63,826 nt of DNA, filler included, from Octopus bimaculoides (GCF_001194135.2; 6 parts of 6 records of this genome joined end to end with filler, not necessarily neighbours in it), one strand, 5' to 3'. Numbered from the whole stretch's first letter, positions 49,688-63,763 are shown. The notes: a model not told the origin generated them from the letters alone. Made by a program: numbers and translations.

Positions 49688-50295
49688 GTGTGCTGTGAAT
49701 TTATGGAAAGGAATCCCATAAAACTCAAAAAATTTGTTAAACATGGTGAAGAGAAGATGTTAAAATGTAAGAGAATTTTAGTTCATGCAAACGATCGTTT
49801 CGAACAGCGATATAAAAATCATGCAAATTCATGGTTAAATAGAAATAATTAAATTAATTAAATCAATTTAATTATATACTGTACTCATCAGTCCAAGAAG
49901 TATAAACACATTTTTTTACAAAGATTTTGATAAAGGAAATAGCAGAGTAGAATTTTGGAGATTCATATTTATCCTTATGAGACAGAAAGAAGAAGTGTGA
50001 ATCCAGTTAGGTATTAACTAAAACTAAAAGCTATAACGGTTATTTGAAAATATAAGTGAAAGAGGTTTTAGAGACGTTCCCTCTATAGATGAGTAAGAAG
50101 ATTAGTAAATCATATCCCAAATAAGTTGCGTAATTTGATTTAATCAATTCAATTATTTCTATTCAACCATGAATTTGCACGATTTTTATATCGCTGTTCG
50201 AAACGATCGTTTGCATGAATTAAAATTCTCTTACATTTTAGCATCTCTTTACTGTTGAGTTTTATGGGATTCCTTTCCATAAATTCACAGCACAC
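49688..50295. mobile_element. PLE endonuclease fragment (+) followed by inverted copy of its 5' part
   Basis: Arms 49688-49870 and 50131-50295 about 90% identical; RFEQRYKNHANSW resembles the FKxRYxNHxxSF GIY-YIG motif. Confidence 0.7.
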
Positions 50296-50420
50296 CATAT
50301 ACACGTATTATTTTCATATTCACAAATTTACGCCAGTAAGCTACCAGCAAAATATGAAGAAACTATATTAGAAATCTTTTTTGGAATCCTCCAAATTAAA
50401 GGGCAATATTTGATTCAACC

Positions 50421-50485
<65 letters not shown>

Positions 50486-50899
50486 TTATGTGTGTGTGTG
50501 TGTGTGTGTGTATTTGTGTGTGCGCGCGTGCGTGTGTATATATATACGTACTATTAAAGAAGGTTGTCGTGTAAAGCCGGAACAATGCGAGAAGGCACAA
50601 AGTAAATGACAAAAAGAAAAGAAAACAGAACGAAGTTGTAGTTCTACCTTGTAATTCTCAATTTGGGGGTGAAGACGAACTCTCAAGACATTTGGAAAAA
50701 GCGATAGCTGGAAAAGTTCGTTGCTGAGATGTATATGTATGTGGGGTGCACATATCATAACGAACGAAAAAAATTGAATAATAGAAGAAACGTGAGAAAA
50801 CGCGAAAGGCAGCATATAGAAAACGCAGAAAGTAAAAAGAAAACGAAAAAAACAAAAAACAAAACGGAAAGCGAAAACATAAAATGCTAAAATGTAAAA

Positions 50900-51295
50900 A
50901 GTGAAAAGGTAGAGAGTTAGGGATCTTAGATCAGAACAAGATCTGTGCTCTTTCCGCTAAACGAATCCTACATTTATTCGAACCAATTTACATAAGATAT
51001 GGATTTCTCAATTACTTTCCACTTAATCATATGTGATCTTTCGTTATATTTCAAATTCCACACGTAGCTAGCCAACTTAGTAGCCTTATTTTGTCCTAAT
51101 GCCAGAAGGAGGCTGTGTGACTGTCATAGCGATTTTTAAATTCACCTTCACATAATCCAGTATAAGTTTTCTTATCTGTTGTATTATTATTTGAGGTTGC
51201 CATAACACTTCTGCCTCATATAAAATAAATTTAATCGTACATCGTTGGTCAAGTGGACAAGATCCTGGTTCGTGATAGTTGCAACTGGATTTATA
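50900..51295 (-). mobile_element. Penelope-like element linker plus GIY-YIG fragment, cut by a B-SINE (51298-51460, +)
   Basis: CNYHEPGSCPLDQRC..ILYEAEV then TYTGLCEGEFKNRYDSHTASF..TKLASYVWNLK across frameshifts. Confidence 0.8.
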
Positions 51296-52045
51296 TACAG
51301 GAGTGGCTGTGTGGTAAGAAGCTTGCTTCTCAGTCACATGGTTCCGGGTTCAGTTCCACTGCGTAGCATCTTGGGTAAATGTCTTCTACTATAGCCTCGG
51401 GCCGACCAAAGCCTTGTGAGTGGATTTGGTAGACGGAAACTGAAAGAAGCCCGTTGTATATCTATATATGTATATCTGCTTGTTCGTTCACCGGTTATGC
51501 ATTAGTTAGAGAGGTGGATGTGGAGAGAGTGAGAGGACGATCTTGGAGAAAGCTGCACGGAACACATAGACGCCCTATGAGGTACAACTTGTGCCTGACC
51601 GAAAAGTTTTTCATCCTGTTCCAGGATAAATATGCATTGAACCGAAGATGGGAGCTTTTGAATTCTTGCATTTTATACGCGGTATAAAATCTCTCATAAT
51701 ATACCATACGGATAATAATATTTGACTTTCGCATTTGATTTTGGCTTTCCCACCTAAAAGCAGGCATCATTTTGTATATCGCCTCTACATTTTACATTTT
51801 TCGACCTTCAAGAAAACCTTCAACTGTTTACAATCTTTTGTTATTTTATTTTTATTTTATTTTCATTGCTCTTTTGTAACCGTTACTTTTAAATGCACCT
51901 TTTTTGAGCAATTTTTTACAATGCAATTTAGCCCATTATATACCTAACAATTTTGATTTTTACTGTACTTCTTAAAGTCCTTTTACGATTGCCTAATATG
52001 TCTTGTATAGATATTGCATATTTACAGTCGACCAGAATGGATTTG

Positions 52046-52049
<4 letters not shown>

Positions 52050-52141
<92 letters not shown>
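52050..52141. repeat. (TTA)n microsatellite
   Basis: Direct inspection. Confidence 0.95.
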
Positions 52142-52241
52142 NNNNNNNNNNNNNNNNNNNNNNNNNNNNNNNNNNNNNNNNNNNNTTAATTAATTAANNN
52201 NNNNNNNNNNNNNNNNNNNNNNNNNNNNNNNNNNNNNNNNN

Positions 52242-52276
<35 letters not shown>

Positions 52277-53697
52277 TATAAATGACTTCAGCTTTACTAT
52301 ACTCCAGGTACATATACCTGCTGTTTACATGTTCATTTTAACGAGAAAACTAAAAGAGTTTCTACCTTTTGTCACGGAAGAAAATTACACGTAAAAAACG
52401 CTTGGCTATATGACCAATGAATTTCAGAATCAGTAAGCTACGATTGAGGAGAAAATAAGGTTTTTTAAAGGAGGTCAGTTAACAGAAATAATACAGTCAT
52501 CGAGGGGAAATAAATAAAGAGAACAAAGGGTTGGAAATTATCAATGAAAGGTAATAATTTTGGAATTCCGGCGTGATGGTGAGAGGGGCAACAGTAACGA
52601 ACACAACAAAGAACGCTACTAGAGTCTTTGCTAAAACATGTTTAAACTAACAGCTGCTGCGAGTACTTATACAAGAATTATTTATATTTCATTTGCACCA
52701 TCCCTCCACAGTCGATTGGCAACCGCCTTTAAAAGATAAGTCCTGGTATGCTTTTTCGACTAAAAAAAAACCTCAAAGCAGTAACCTAGCATGCTGTACT
52801 CAGTGATAGAAACAAAATGTTGAAAATGTTACGATATATATACATTTATATATTATCGATTGACCATAGGTAGTGTATATGTTTTGTCCCAACGGCCATA
52901 TATAGCAGGGTAACTTCCGGGTAAGGACACCTACAGGTTGCCAAGTGTGAAAGAGCACCAAGAGTAGAGAAGAGAACAAAGCACATACATTATGTATAGG
53001 TGACTGATAATGTTAACAATAATACAGCTGCTTTTAATTCAATATATATATTTATATATTGACGCAGCGATCTCTCAGAATCGTTAACATGCGTGGAAAA
53101 TGGCTTGGCGTTATTAGGTCTTTCCTTATGTTTTGAGGTCCATTTTGACTTTGATCATTTCGGGGTCAATAAAATCAGCATTAGTTGAGCACTGGGGTCG
53201 ATGTAAGGGACTTACTACCACCTCTAGAACGCTAGCACTGTGCCAAATTTCGAAACCAGTATATATGTATATATACATGCATAAACAGTATGAATATATA
53301 CAGCAACTTACAAATGTAAATAGTTGTTCCCATTTTTGACTCAAGGCTACCAACATTACTAGATATTGGTGGCATTGATTGTTCAACTGGTACTTGTTTT
53401 ATCGAATTCCGCAGAAGTGAACTCGGAATGTAAAGACAGACGAAACACTGCGAAGTATTAATGATTCTCCAAGCTCACTGCTCCGTCCACAAAGATTTGG
53501 TCGGCCCGAGGCTATAGTAGAAAACACTTGCCCAAGGTGCAAGGCAGTGTGACTGAACCCGGAACCATGTGGTTCGTAAGCAAGCTACTTACCACACAGC
53601 CACTCCTACGCCTAGAAAAACAAAAGACGATGATTGGTGTAGGAACAACAAGCAGGGGGTAGTAGTTTAACGCTCGGAAAAATGAAAAAGTCTTACG

Positions 53698-53743
<46 letters not shown>

Positions 53744-53916
53744 TATGTATATATATATATGTGTGTATATTGTGTGTGTTCTTATGTGTGTGTGTGTGTT
53801 TGTGTGTGNNNNNNNNNNNNNNNNNNNNNNNNNNNNNNNNNNNNNNNNNNNNNNNNNNNNNNNNNNNNNNNCAGGGGGTAGTAGTTTAACGCTCGGAAAA
53901 ATGAAAAAGTCTTACG

Positions 53917-53962
<46 letters not shown>

Positions 53963-54001
53963 TATGTATATATATATATGTGTGTATATTGTGTGTGTTC
54001 T

Positions 54002-54034
<33 letters not shown>

Positions 54035-54279
54035 ATAAAGCAACACATTTGTGCGTGTCTCTCTTGTTTATATTTACCTGTAACAGTGTGAGTAGAGATG
54101 GTAAACTACCGAAAGCTTTTGAAACAACAACATATACACTTGAAAACGCTTCTGTTGAAAATGGATGCTAGATGCTCATATCATGATACGAATATCAGTT
54201 GTGATCGGGCAACCATGTAGACCTGAAGTAGCTTCTTTTCTTCGACCATTGAAAACGTCTTAGACCACGGAAAACGGAA

Positions 54280-54960
54280 GAGCTACTAGAATAAAATGGA
54301 CGCTAGACAGACGTCAATAGGTGTCGATATACATTAGACTTAAAAGACTGGAGGTCATATTGAAGAGGAAAACAAGACTGTAGAAGGGAATTCCAAAGTT
54401 CATAAATGCGAGGGAAGAAACTGGTACTGTAAAATGCCTTACGGCACTTAGGAGGTTGCGCAATATATTGATGAGAACCGGATGAATGTCTAGTTGATCA
54501 CTGATAAGTTCTTAGAGGAACGATAGAACAGTGCTCAGCTGAACAATGTCCATGAAAATACTTATAGAAAAGCGACAAGGAAGCCACACTATGGCGATGA
54601 GAGAGTGAATCCAATTTAGAAGATAGGACCAATAGTATTACAAATACGACGTTGTATGCGGTCCAGCAGTGTTAAAGAATCCGAAGGAGCACTTGCCCTT
54701 AAGTTCTAGGTTATCTAGGTTATCATAGATATCATAAATCAACTTTCCTGACCATAATACAAACAAATGGAGATAGATCAGTCTGCTGCAATGAAGTTTT
54801 CGGTCATCTTATATTCCTCCCACCTGCATGTAAGTGAAAATTTGAGAAGTGACAGTATTTCTAGGAAACGTCAACGTTCTATTTTGTATAATATCTGTAA
54901 AATCTATGTGTGCGTTGAATCGAAATCCTCTTACTTTTCATTCTATGAGGTGTGAGAATA
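54280..54960 (-). mobile_element. CR1-group LINE 3' fragment
   Basis: LLDRIQRRIC..LDSLSHRHSVASLSLFYKYFHGHCS..FFPRIYELWNSL..YDLQSFKSNVYRHL. Confidence 0.85.
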
Positions 54961-56118
54961 GTCTTTAACTGTTCCGTGATACTTTCTTTTTCCATGACCA
55001 TCAAAAAACGCCAGGAAAAGTTCTTTAGGTTTGCTTGAGTTAAACTGACTATTGTACATGTTTATCTTGATTAATTCTGTACTGATAATGAAGAATGTCG
55101 ACAGCTAGATATCAGACAGGAAATCCACAGAATGCAAAATTCTGTCCATCACAGATTCTTAATTTACCAATATCCGATACACTGAAACCAAAACTTATTT
55201 AATAAAAACAAGAAATGGGCGTACTTAAATACTGCTATTGATTTTGTTCTTTTGTAGAACAGATTTTGACAATTACATAAGACTTTTCGATTTGATCTTG
55301 CTACTTAACTTCTACCAGAAGTTCGTAGCAGCTTAAGACTTTTTACAGAAACTGTACCGACAGCAAGTGTACAGAAGCCCATCAGATAAACATACAGACA
55401 ATTAAATGTTCTAGCTTTATCACATATTCATTCTTGATGTTCCCCTATAGATTAAGTTTCATGGCATACATATTAGTTGAACACTCCTCATATTTAACAA
55501 GTATGTATTAATGTTAGTAGAATAGCCTAATACTCATAGCTGGAACTGAATTTATCGCTCTCAATATAATGAAATGAACAGTAATTCAAAGCTAAATAAT
55601 ATATAGGATCATACTGGGTAATTATTCAATATGGCAATATTCAGTCCGATAGTTTACAACTCTCGTTATCTCCAGTCATCAAGCTAAAAAGTAATATAAA
55701 CTGCAATTATCGTTTTCCGATTGCAAATAAAGTAGTTACTGTATTGCCGTTGTCCCACTTGAAATAATAATTCCACGCAATATAATTCCTTATTCGCAAA
55801 AGTGTATAGTATAGACACGAGTTCAAAATTGAACATATTTTTTTTATACTTCATAATATATTTCGAGTTATATATATATTGACAAATGTACATGTCCATC
55901 TTGTCTGTCAGCTTTGCGACATGTCCTTCCAATTGGAAAATATACATTTCGTGTTCGGCAACGACAATTCGTCTTTGTACTTGAATTATTCAGGGAGCAT
56001 TGTTGGCCTACTCACCTAGCTAGCGGGGTGGTGACCTTTGAAGGTTAAAACAATGCAAAGCGCATTGTGACATGCGATCTGTAACAGCATTTGCTACCCT
56101 TGTCGGTACGTGATCAGG

Positions 56119-56191
<73 letters not shown>

Positions 56192-56485
56192 TATCTTTGT
56201 GTGTGTCTATGTATATATATCGTTGGCGATTTTCTTTCTCCGTCTTCCGTTCTTTGGAATTTTCTCTATATGTCTGTTGAAGAGCTCCGCTCGAAATGTG
56301 AAATGCTCTTTCTTTTCTTCCCTTTCCTGAGCGTCCAATAACACTGTACTTATTCCACGTCCTCGCGTTGTTGTTTTTTCTTGCTTGTTTAGGCTTGGAT
56401 TGAATATATGTATATATATATATATATATACGCACAAACCCCAAACACACAGAGATATGTAGTAAAAGATTATGAATGGATGTTC

Positions 56486-57401
56486 TGTAAGGAATTCAGT
56501 CGAACTCCGTATCTTAAAACCATTTAATATGTTTTAAAATGATACGACATTGACAGTCAATAGATCTAAACCTTATTCACACGACTCTGCTAATTTGCAG
56601 TTAAAAGTGACTTTGAATAACGAAAATATTGTACCACGTTTTAAGGTGCGAGATCCTCAATGTAACGATCATTATCCTGGCTTCATATTTAAGACGAAAC
56701 CCTCTCTTAATTTCTGTGTTATTAATTAATGTGTGTATAAACTCATATTCGAGCTTAGGCATTTACGTTTGTAAACTATCAGTGGAAGTTATGCACTTCG
56801 GTAAAAGTTTACAAACACCCATTTTTCAATAGTGCTTAGTGTAGAAGCTCTCATACTTATTAGAAAATGTAGGAAGCAAGGTCACAATCACGATGGAAAC
56901 CTCGGAGGAAGACTGTTGTATTCTTAGAATGAATGATTTTTCTGCCCATTACATTCCATATTTAAATTTTCTTCAATCTTTGTATACTATAAATAAAACT
57001 GACAGGTATGGAACATTTGATACATAAATGTAAAACAGTAGGAGACTTCCATGTACTTATTTTAAATATATATCATGTAGAGGACACGGAATAAATTGAC
57101 CGCATATCAATATATATATTTAAACACGACACCACGAAGAGAAACACAAAAATATATTTTCCTGTATGTGCTAAAGGTACATCACTTGCATATCATTTTC
57201 CTATATTAGGAATGACAGTGCAGCTTTGTTTGATGAACTCTACGTTTATCTGAAAAAAAGGTTAATAAGCCTGCCAAAATGTTCTGTAAGTAATTTAGTC
57301 AAACTCCGTATGTTAACACCATTTAATACGATTTAATATGATATGACATTGACAGTTATACACGGCTCTGGTAATTTGTAGGTAAAACTGACTTTGAATA
57401 G
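56486..57401 (+). repeat. Direct repeat of about 130 bp (56486-56620 and 57279-57401)
   Basis: ATGTTCTGTAAG.AATT.AGTC.AACTCCGTAT..TAA.ACCATTTAATA...GTGACTTTGAATA in both. Confidence 0.8.
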
Positions 57402-57676
57402 CATTGAGAAATGAATTTTAAGTCAATTACTGGAATATACAATAAGATTGGTTAAAAGGACAGGAATTATTGTGTATATCTCACCATAGGAAATTTTCCA
57501 AAGAGAGAATACAGCAAATTTTTCAGTTAAATACAAATTCTGCTGTCAAGATGTATTATTTTGAATTATTAATAACATTGCCACTTTGTCACATGCAAAT
57601 ATAGAGAATTTATAAATACGTTCGCTTGATAAAATTAAATGTTTATATACCTTCTACAGACAATATTATAAAATGT

Positions 57677-57857
57677 AAAGGTGGCGAGCTGGCGAAATGC
57701 TTAGCCACTACGTTATGAGTTCAAATTCTGCCAAGGTCGACTTTGCCTTTCATCCTTTCGGGGTCGATAAATTGAGTACCAGTTGCGTATTGGAGTCGAT
57801 CTAATCGACTGGCTCCCTCCCAAAGAATTTCGGGCCTTGTGCCTAGAATAGAAAAGC
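57677..57857 (+). mobile_element. SINE family C with perfect 14-bp TSD
   Basis: ATATTATAAAATGT at 57663-57676 and 57858-57871; CTTTGCCTTTCATCCTTTCGGGGTCGATAAATTGAGTACCAG central domain. Confidence 0.9.
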
Positions 57858-57889
57858 ATATTATAAAATGTCATTACCTACCGCTGGTA

Positions 57890-58140
57890 AAAATGTGCTT
57901 ACATTATAACCGTAGTTGGGCACTTCTGTTCAATATGGGCAAAGGATTTTTGATCTTTTAAGCATCGTGTTGAGCGTCGTCTCAGTTGTCTTTTGAATAC
58001 TACTTGACAAATGTTCATGTCCATCTTGTTTCCCAGCCTTGTGACATGTCCGTCGAACAGGAACGTATACATTTTGTGTTCGGCTATAGCATCAGGAATC
58101 TGGCTCTCTACGCGAGTTACTTCTTTTCGATACACTCTTC
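57890..58140 (-). mobile_element. Probable L1/Tx1-type LINE 3' fragment; related copy at about 55690-55980
   Basis: Shared GHV.(K/R)L..KMDM.ICQ peptide; STRC-x8-H-x4-CP resembles a decayed CCHC knuckle. Confidence 0.4.
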
Positions 58141-58559
58141 ATAAAATATTTCTATCATGAGTTTTCCACAGTTTATGTGGCACAGTCACTTGCTGTTTTT
58201 TCGTTGTAGTAGTCCGCGTTTCACTTACGTATAAGAGCGCATCAGGAAGGTACTAGTGAAAATATTGACCAGCAGGTCTTGTCCAACAGAGATTTCACTA
58301 TATTCTTAATGGAAGCCAACGCCTTGAACTCTGCTCTTACTGTTAGCGAGAATTCAGTAAATTTATCTGTTACCAGTTGACTCGATGAATTCCTTAATGT
58401 CATCGCTTCCCATGAAAATTCCACCGGATGCTACGCTTTCGAATCGCAAATGTTTTTTTCCTATTTCCAGTATTTCGAAAACTAAGTCTGAATTCAGGGT
58501 CTCTGTCCCAGTTTGCTTGACGTGCAACTGATTTAAGTCATATCTGCAATGAGTTTTAT

Positions 58560-59620
58560 CCCAACTGCTACCTTAGGCGAACTTTCTCCCTTTCGTCTGT
58601 TACCTTCTCCGGTGTATGTTACTCACAAGCACCCGTTACCTCGTATCTGTACTTCCGGCATAGAAGCTAGTGACGGTTTTGTGTTACCATGTCGTGTCTG
58701 CACTTGTACTCTTTCTGCGGAAGACTTTCACAAGCATTTAGAATGTAAGTCACAGTTTCGACCCTCTTCCCATACATTCTGCAGTGGTTCGTTGCACTTG
58801 TGTGGTATATATATATATATTCCCCTATTCACTGAGCTGGTATTCAATGCCTGATCCTGGCAGCGATGATTACGCTTCCAGTGTTCCTGTTTATGTCACC
58901 CTTGCAGAGACATGAAGCTTTCTAGTCTTTTAAGTTGTTAGCTTCACGGTCGACCTTAACACGTAATTCCATGCGGAGTAGTGTTTCATCTCTCTCGTTG
59001 GCTGTTCGTGATCGGAATCATTGGCACTCTCAAGTTCATTTTTGGTAAATTCTTCGGCATTAATAGTACGCTGTAACGAGTCTTGTTAGGTGTTTACCAA
59101 ATATTCTGCCATGTTTCTTCCTTCACTGTTGATGAACACCGGTACGCTAATCAGTCCACGTTAACATTTACTCCACTTCATGTACAACTTGTGTACATTT
59201 GCCTTAGGGTTGAGGGTACCGTACATTGTCATTGTCTTTCGGGTTGTGCAATTGAGCTGGTTAATCTGCGCTTGTGTCCATTCCAAGATGGGTGTAGTAT
59301 AGCGGACTACAGCAATAGCCCATATGTTGATGGCAGTCACGAGATTCTTTGAGTTGAGTTTTGATTTCAAGGGAAGTTTCAAGCGCTTGAAATATGGAGT
59401 GATGACTTTTCTTTCGTTTCTCTGTGCAAGATATTGCCCAGCTCCAAGACCCGAAGGTATCCATCATCATCCGTGTCATCCATTCTCCCACCGTTTGGCA
59501 ATTCTATGCCTCTACAATCTGCTCTTTTCCCCTCGTTTCAAAGTGAGCACAGCGCACACCATGATACCGAATTCCATACCTGTAACATTGCTGCACAACT
59601 GCACAATCTCAAGCCAACAG
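58560..59620 (-). mobile_element. R4/Dong-type (RLE) non-LTR fragment: RT C-terminus to zinc knuckle
   Basis: MEFG..CAVL.LKRG..LKSKLNSKNLVTAINIWAIAVVRY..LEWT..TRKTMTMYGTLNPKANVHKLY. Confidence 0.8.
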
Positions 59621-59639
59621 ACTAAGGTGACACTTACTT

Positions 59640-60600
59640 ACTGCTCATGCTTCAAGAACCCTGCGAAGAATTATTGCAGTTCCAAGCAATGCTGATTTTA
59701 GTCGATGCTCTACCTTCACACTTGCACCAATCTTTTTCCGTTAAGCTGGTGAGTGCTGATACTTCCAAGTGCACCAATTACTACTGGTATCACGTCTACT
59801 TTCTTCAATGACCACGACCATCGTATTTCCCACTTCGAATTGTCATAGTTGTTTATTTTTTTTTTTTTTTCACATTGATCCTATTGTCACCGGTTCATGC
59901 TATGTCGATTAACATACATCCTTCGTTTTTAGTCACCACAACAATATCCAGTTTCCAATGTCTTGTCGGGTGATCGCACCGAATCATTGCATCCCACAGG
60001 AGTGTGAAATTCTAATTTTCGGTGACTCCTTGTGGAATTTGCTCTTTGTACGCCATGATTTCCACAGAGCCCCTAATGGATCATGGTTGTCACATTGTCA
60101 TGACGTTTTTTGTTTTCACGTTGTGCCAATTTCGTTTATTCGCTAACGATGTTCCATACCGTATCACCACTCTCAATTATCGCTATTAGTAGTGTTGTCT
60201 ATTCTGCGCTTCATACAATTAGCCTTCAACGCTTGTTCCTGAGCTGCGTATATGAGTTCCTCTGTCTTTATCCTCAGGTCACTCTTCCTCATCCATAACC
60301 ACGAGTCCTCTGTACCTGTCTTGCCGTTCACATCTCTTGCAAACTGACTATACATTTTCCTTTCCCTTCGATATTTTTTCTTGTTCGTTCATTTTAAATT
60401 GTTTAAATTTGTCTTTAGTTATACAATTTTCAATTTTGATGACGCCGGCCTTCTTTGCCTATTTCAAAAGTAGATCCACGGCATTTTTTATATATCACCC
60501 AAAGCTCTTTTCCTCGGCTTCGATACGGTCCTGGCAACTGATCAAACCTCTACCACCCTACCTTATGGAAAAGTACAACCTATCGGTGCCACTCTTAGGG
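59640..60600 (-). mobile_element. R4/Dong-type fragment: post-RT, knuckle and restriction-like endonuclease
   Basis: SQFAR..SWLWMRKSDLRIKTEELIYAAQEQAL..; IPVVIGALGSI. Confidence 0.8.
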
Positions 60601-60611
60601 TATTATTATTA

Positions 60612-60815
60612 AGGCGGTGAGTCAGCAGGATCGTGAGCACGTTGGACGAAATGCTTAGCGGTGTTTCGTCCGTCGCTACGTTCTCAGTTCACATTTTGCC
60701 ATTGTCGACTTTGTCTTTCATCCATTCGGGGTCGATAAATTAAGTACCAATGAAACACTGCTGTTGATGCAATCGACTAGTCCGCTACCTAAAATTTCAG
60801 GCCTTGTACCTATAG
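60612..60815 (+). mobile_element. SINE family C inserted in (TTA)n
   Basis: GGCGGTGAGTCAGCAGGATCG head, CTTTCATCCATTCGGGGTCGATAAATTAAGTACC, (ATT)n tail. Confidence 0.85.
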
Positions 60816-60825
60816 TAGAATGGAT

Positions 60826-61523
60826 TATTATTATTATTATTATTATTGTTCAGTAGTTTTGTTGTTATAATGTGCTTTCACTTCACTACCGAGCGCAGCT
60901 CTGTGTGCCTTGGGTATGTGCTGTGGTTTGCTGTGATGCTCTTATGGTTGCTGTATTGAAAGTGTTTTGCGTAGGATGTGTGCAGTGCCCAGTAGTACAA
61001 TTTTCTGTATGTTATATATATTTGTAAGTCCTGGTGTTTTTGTTATGCATTTGTCTGAATATTTTTTTTATTATACCTAAGGCACCTACTATGATAGGAA
61101 TTGTTTCTGTTTTTAGATTCCACATTCGAGTTACCTCTATTTCCAGGTCTTTTTATTTTGAGAGTTTTTCATTTCTTTTAGGGAAACGTTTTCATCTGCT
61201 GGTATTGATACATCAATTAGAAAGCATTTTTTTTATTCATGATCTTTGACAACTATATCTGTTCTGTTTGCCTTAATCTCTCTATCTGTGTGTATTGGCA
61301 TATCCCAGAGTATGGTTGCTTTCTCGCTTTCTGTGACCTTTTCTGGCGTGTGTCTATACCATCTTTTTTCTATTGTTTTTTCATAGTGTTGGCATAGCTT
61401 CCAGTGTATATAGGTCCCAGCTCTGTCGTGTCTGTGAATATATTCCTTCTTAGCCAGCACTGGGCAGCCAGAGATAATATGATTTATTGTTTCTTGTCGA
61501 TCTCCACATATTCTACAGTTACT
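60826..61523 (-). mobile_element. R4/Dong-type element 3' end with (AAT)n tail
   Basis: LAKKEYIHRHD..IHWKLC..ILWDMPIHTDREIKANRTDIVVKD..LIDVSIP..MWNLKTETIPIIVGALG..IQKIVLLGTAHILRKTL, then short UTR and TAA repeats. Confidence 0.88.
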
Positions 61524-61623
61524 NNNNNNNNNNNNNNNNNNNNNNNNNNNNNNNNNNNNNNNNNNNNTTAATTAATTAANNNNNNNNNNNNNNNNNNNNN
61601 NNNNNNNNNNNNNNNNNNNNNNN

Positions 61624-61629
<6 letters not shown>

Positions 61630-61655
<26 letters not shown>

Positions 61656-61880
61656 TGAGGGAGCTCCTTCCAGTAGTTTCAACACATGTGGATGTATTCA
61701 AGACGAACCTTGATCTTCTGCTATCCTATATACAAGGTGAGCCTATATCACAGTAAGAAACTGAAATGAGGGCAACAGTATCAAACTCACGCATTCATCA
61801 GGGGCAAAATTTGATTGGCCATTGAAAAAGTCACAAAAATGGCGGTTCCCGAAGATTAGCGTTATTGGTGCTCATAAAAA
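61630..61880 (+). mobile_element. CR1/L2-group LINE extreme 3' fragment
   Basis: DVFKTNLDLLLSYIQGEP..RATVSNS resembles the end of the 46030-47170 element. Confidence 0.5.
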
Positions 61881-62597
61881 CAAAGTTTAAAAATGAGTGT
61901 ACATGTGCGTGTGTACGTTTGCGCGTGCGTGTCCGTGTGTGTATGTGAGTATCTGTTTGTGTCTATGTGTCTGTGTATATGCATGTAAGTGTAGTAGTGC
62001 ATGTGAGTGTGTGTGTATGAATGTGTGTATGTGCGTACACACATTTATTTATATGCCTATACACCGATGTTTTTTGGGGAATTTAAACATATGACATACA
62101 TAATATCGCTAGTTAACAAAATTTGAGTTTTTTCTCTCAGTAAATTACGCACGTGCAACATCATCATTCCTTTGTTTTATAGGCTGAATGCATCCCCCAA
62201 GGCATTCGTATTGCCAAATGAATTACAATTATGTTGGTAATTGAAATACAATTCTCAATATCCACGTTACTCCTGTGTTTATGTTCGGTGCGGCAAAATA
62301 ATGCACACGTGAATGAAACCAGCAGTAACGTGGACATTCCTGAAATGCTTGGGTTAAAGGTACCTCACCACGTAACCTATACTCACTCAAACACAGACCA
62401 AAACACAGACCACACACATATACGCAGACGTATATGCATATACACACATGAATACGCATTTATGCATCTATACATACGCACGCGCACACACACATATATA
62501 TATATACATATATATACAGACGTATGCAATAGATAGATAGATAGATGTATATGCAGGGATATATTTCTCTACATAGGCATATATGTATGTATGTATG

Positions 62598-62700
<103 letters not shown>

Positions 62701-62777
62701 TATATACACACATATATGTGCGTGTGTGTATGTTTATAAATAAATAAATAGATAGATTGATAATTAGACAGACAGAC

Positions 62778-62812
<35 letters not shown>

Positions 62813-62974
62813 AAAAGAAAGAGAGGGAAAACGATAGGAGTCGGTATGTGTAAGTAAGCGAATATATTTGGTTATTAATCCCGCTATGTTTGCACTTGTC
62901 TTAATACGAAGTCAATTATCCTCTTTATATATCTGTTTACACACACACTTCATCATGACCTTACAACTTCCACA

Positions 62975-63032
<58 letters not shown>

Positions 63033-63213
63033 NNNNNNNNNNNNNNNNNNNNNNNNNNNNNNNNNNNNNNNNNNNNNNNNNNNNNNNNNNNNNNNNNNNN
63101 NNNNNNNNNNNNNNNNNNNNNNNNNNNNNNNNNNNNNNNNNNNNNNNNNNNNNNNNNNNNNNNNNNNNNNNNNNNNNNNNNNNNNNNNNNNNNNNNNNNN
63201 NNNNNNNNNNNNN

Positions 63214-63266
<53 letters not shown>

Positions 63267-63659
63267 TACATGCATGCATACACAGAAAGTACAACGCCAG
63301 ACTTATATAAACTTTTATAGTCTCTCAAGCCGTGTCCCGTAACAATAAACGCATATTGGAAGTACACAGATTCCCGGAATGCAAGCTAATATTTATCCAT
63401 GTGTAAACGCAAATACTACTCTTTTCACGTTGGAACCACGAAGATGCCGACCTATACGCAACGATATGCTGATAGCCACGCATGTGTGCATCTGCATTAG
63501 CGTGCATCGACATACACACACACGCACACACACACACACACACAAACGCAACCACATATATCTTTTCAGCTTCAAAGTACATACAATAGGAAGTAAAAAT
63601 AAAGTAACTGCACAAATAAATATGTATACATATTAGGCTATAAGTGTATGTATGTAACA

Positions 63660-63693
<34 letters not shown>

Positions 63694-63725
63694 TTTATAT
63701 ATATGGGTGTGTGCGTATGTATCTC

Positions 63726-63763
<38 letters not shown>

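Noticed and set aside
53655-54030. Near-identical 150-bp blocks either side of a gap
   Set aside because: Typical overlap of contig ends at a microsatellite; likely assembly duplication.
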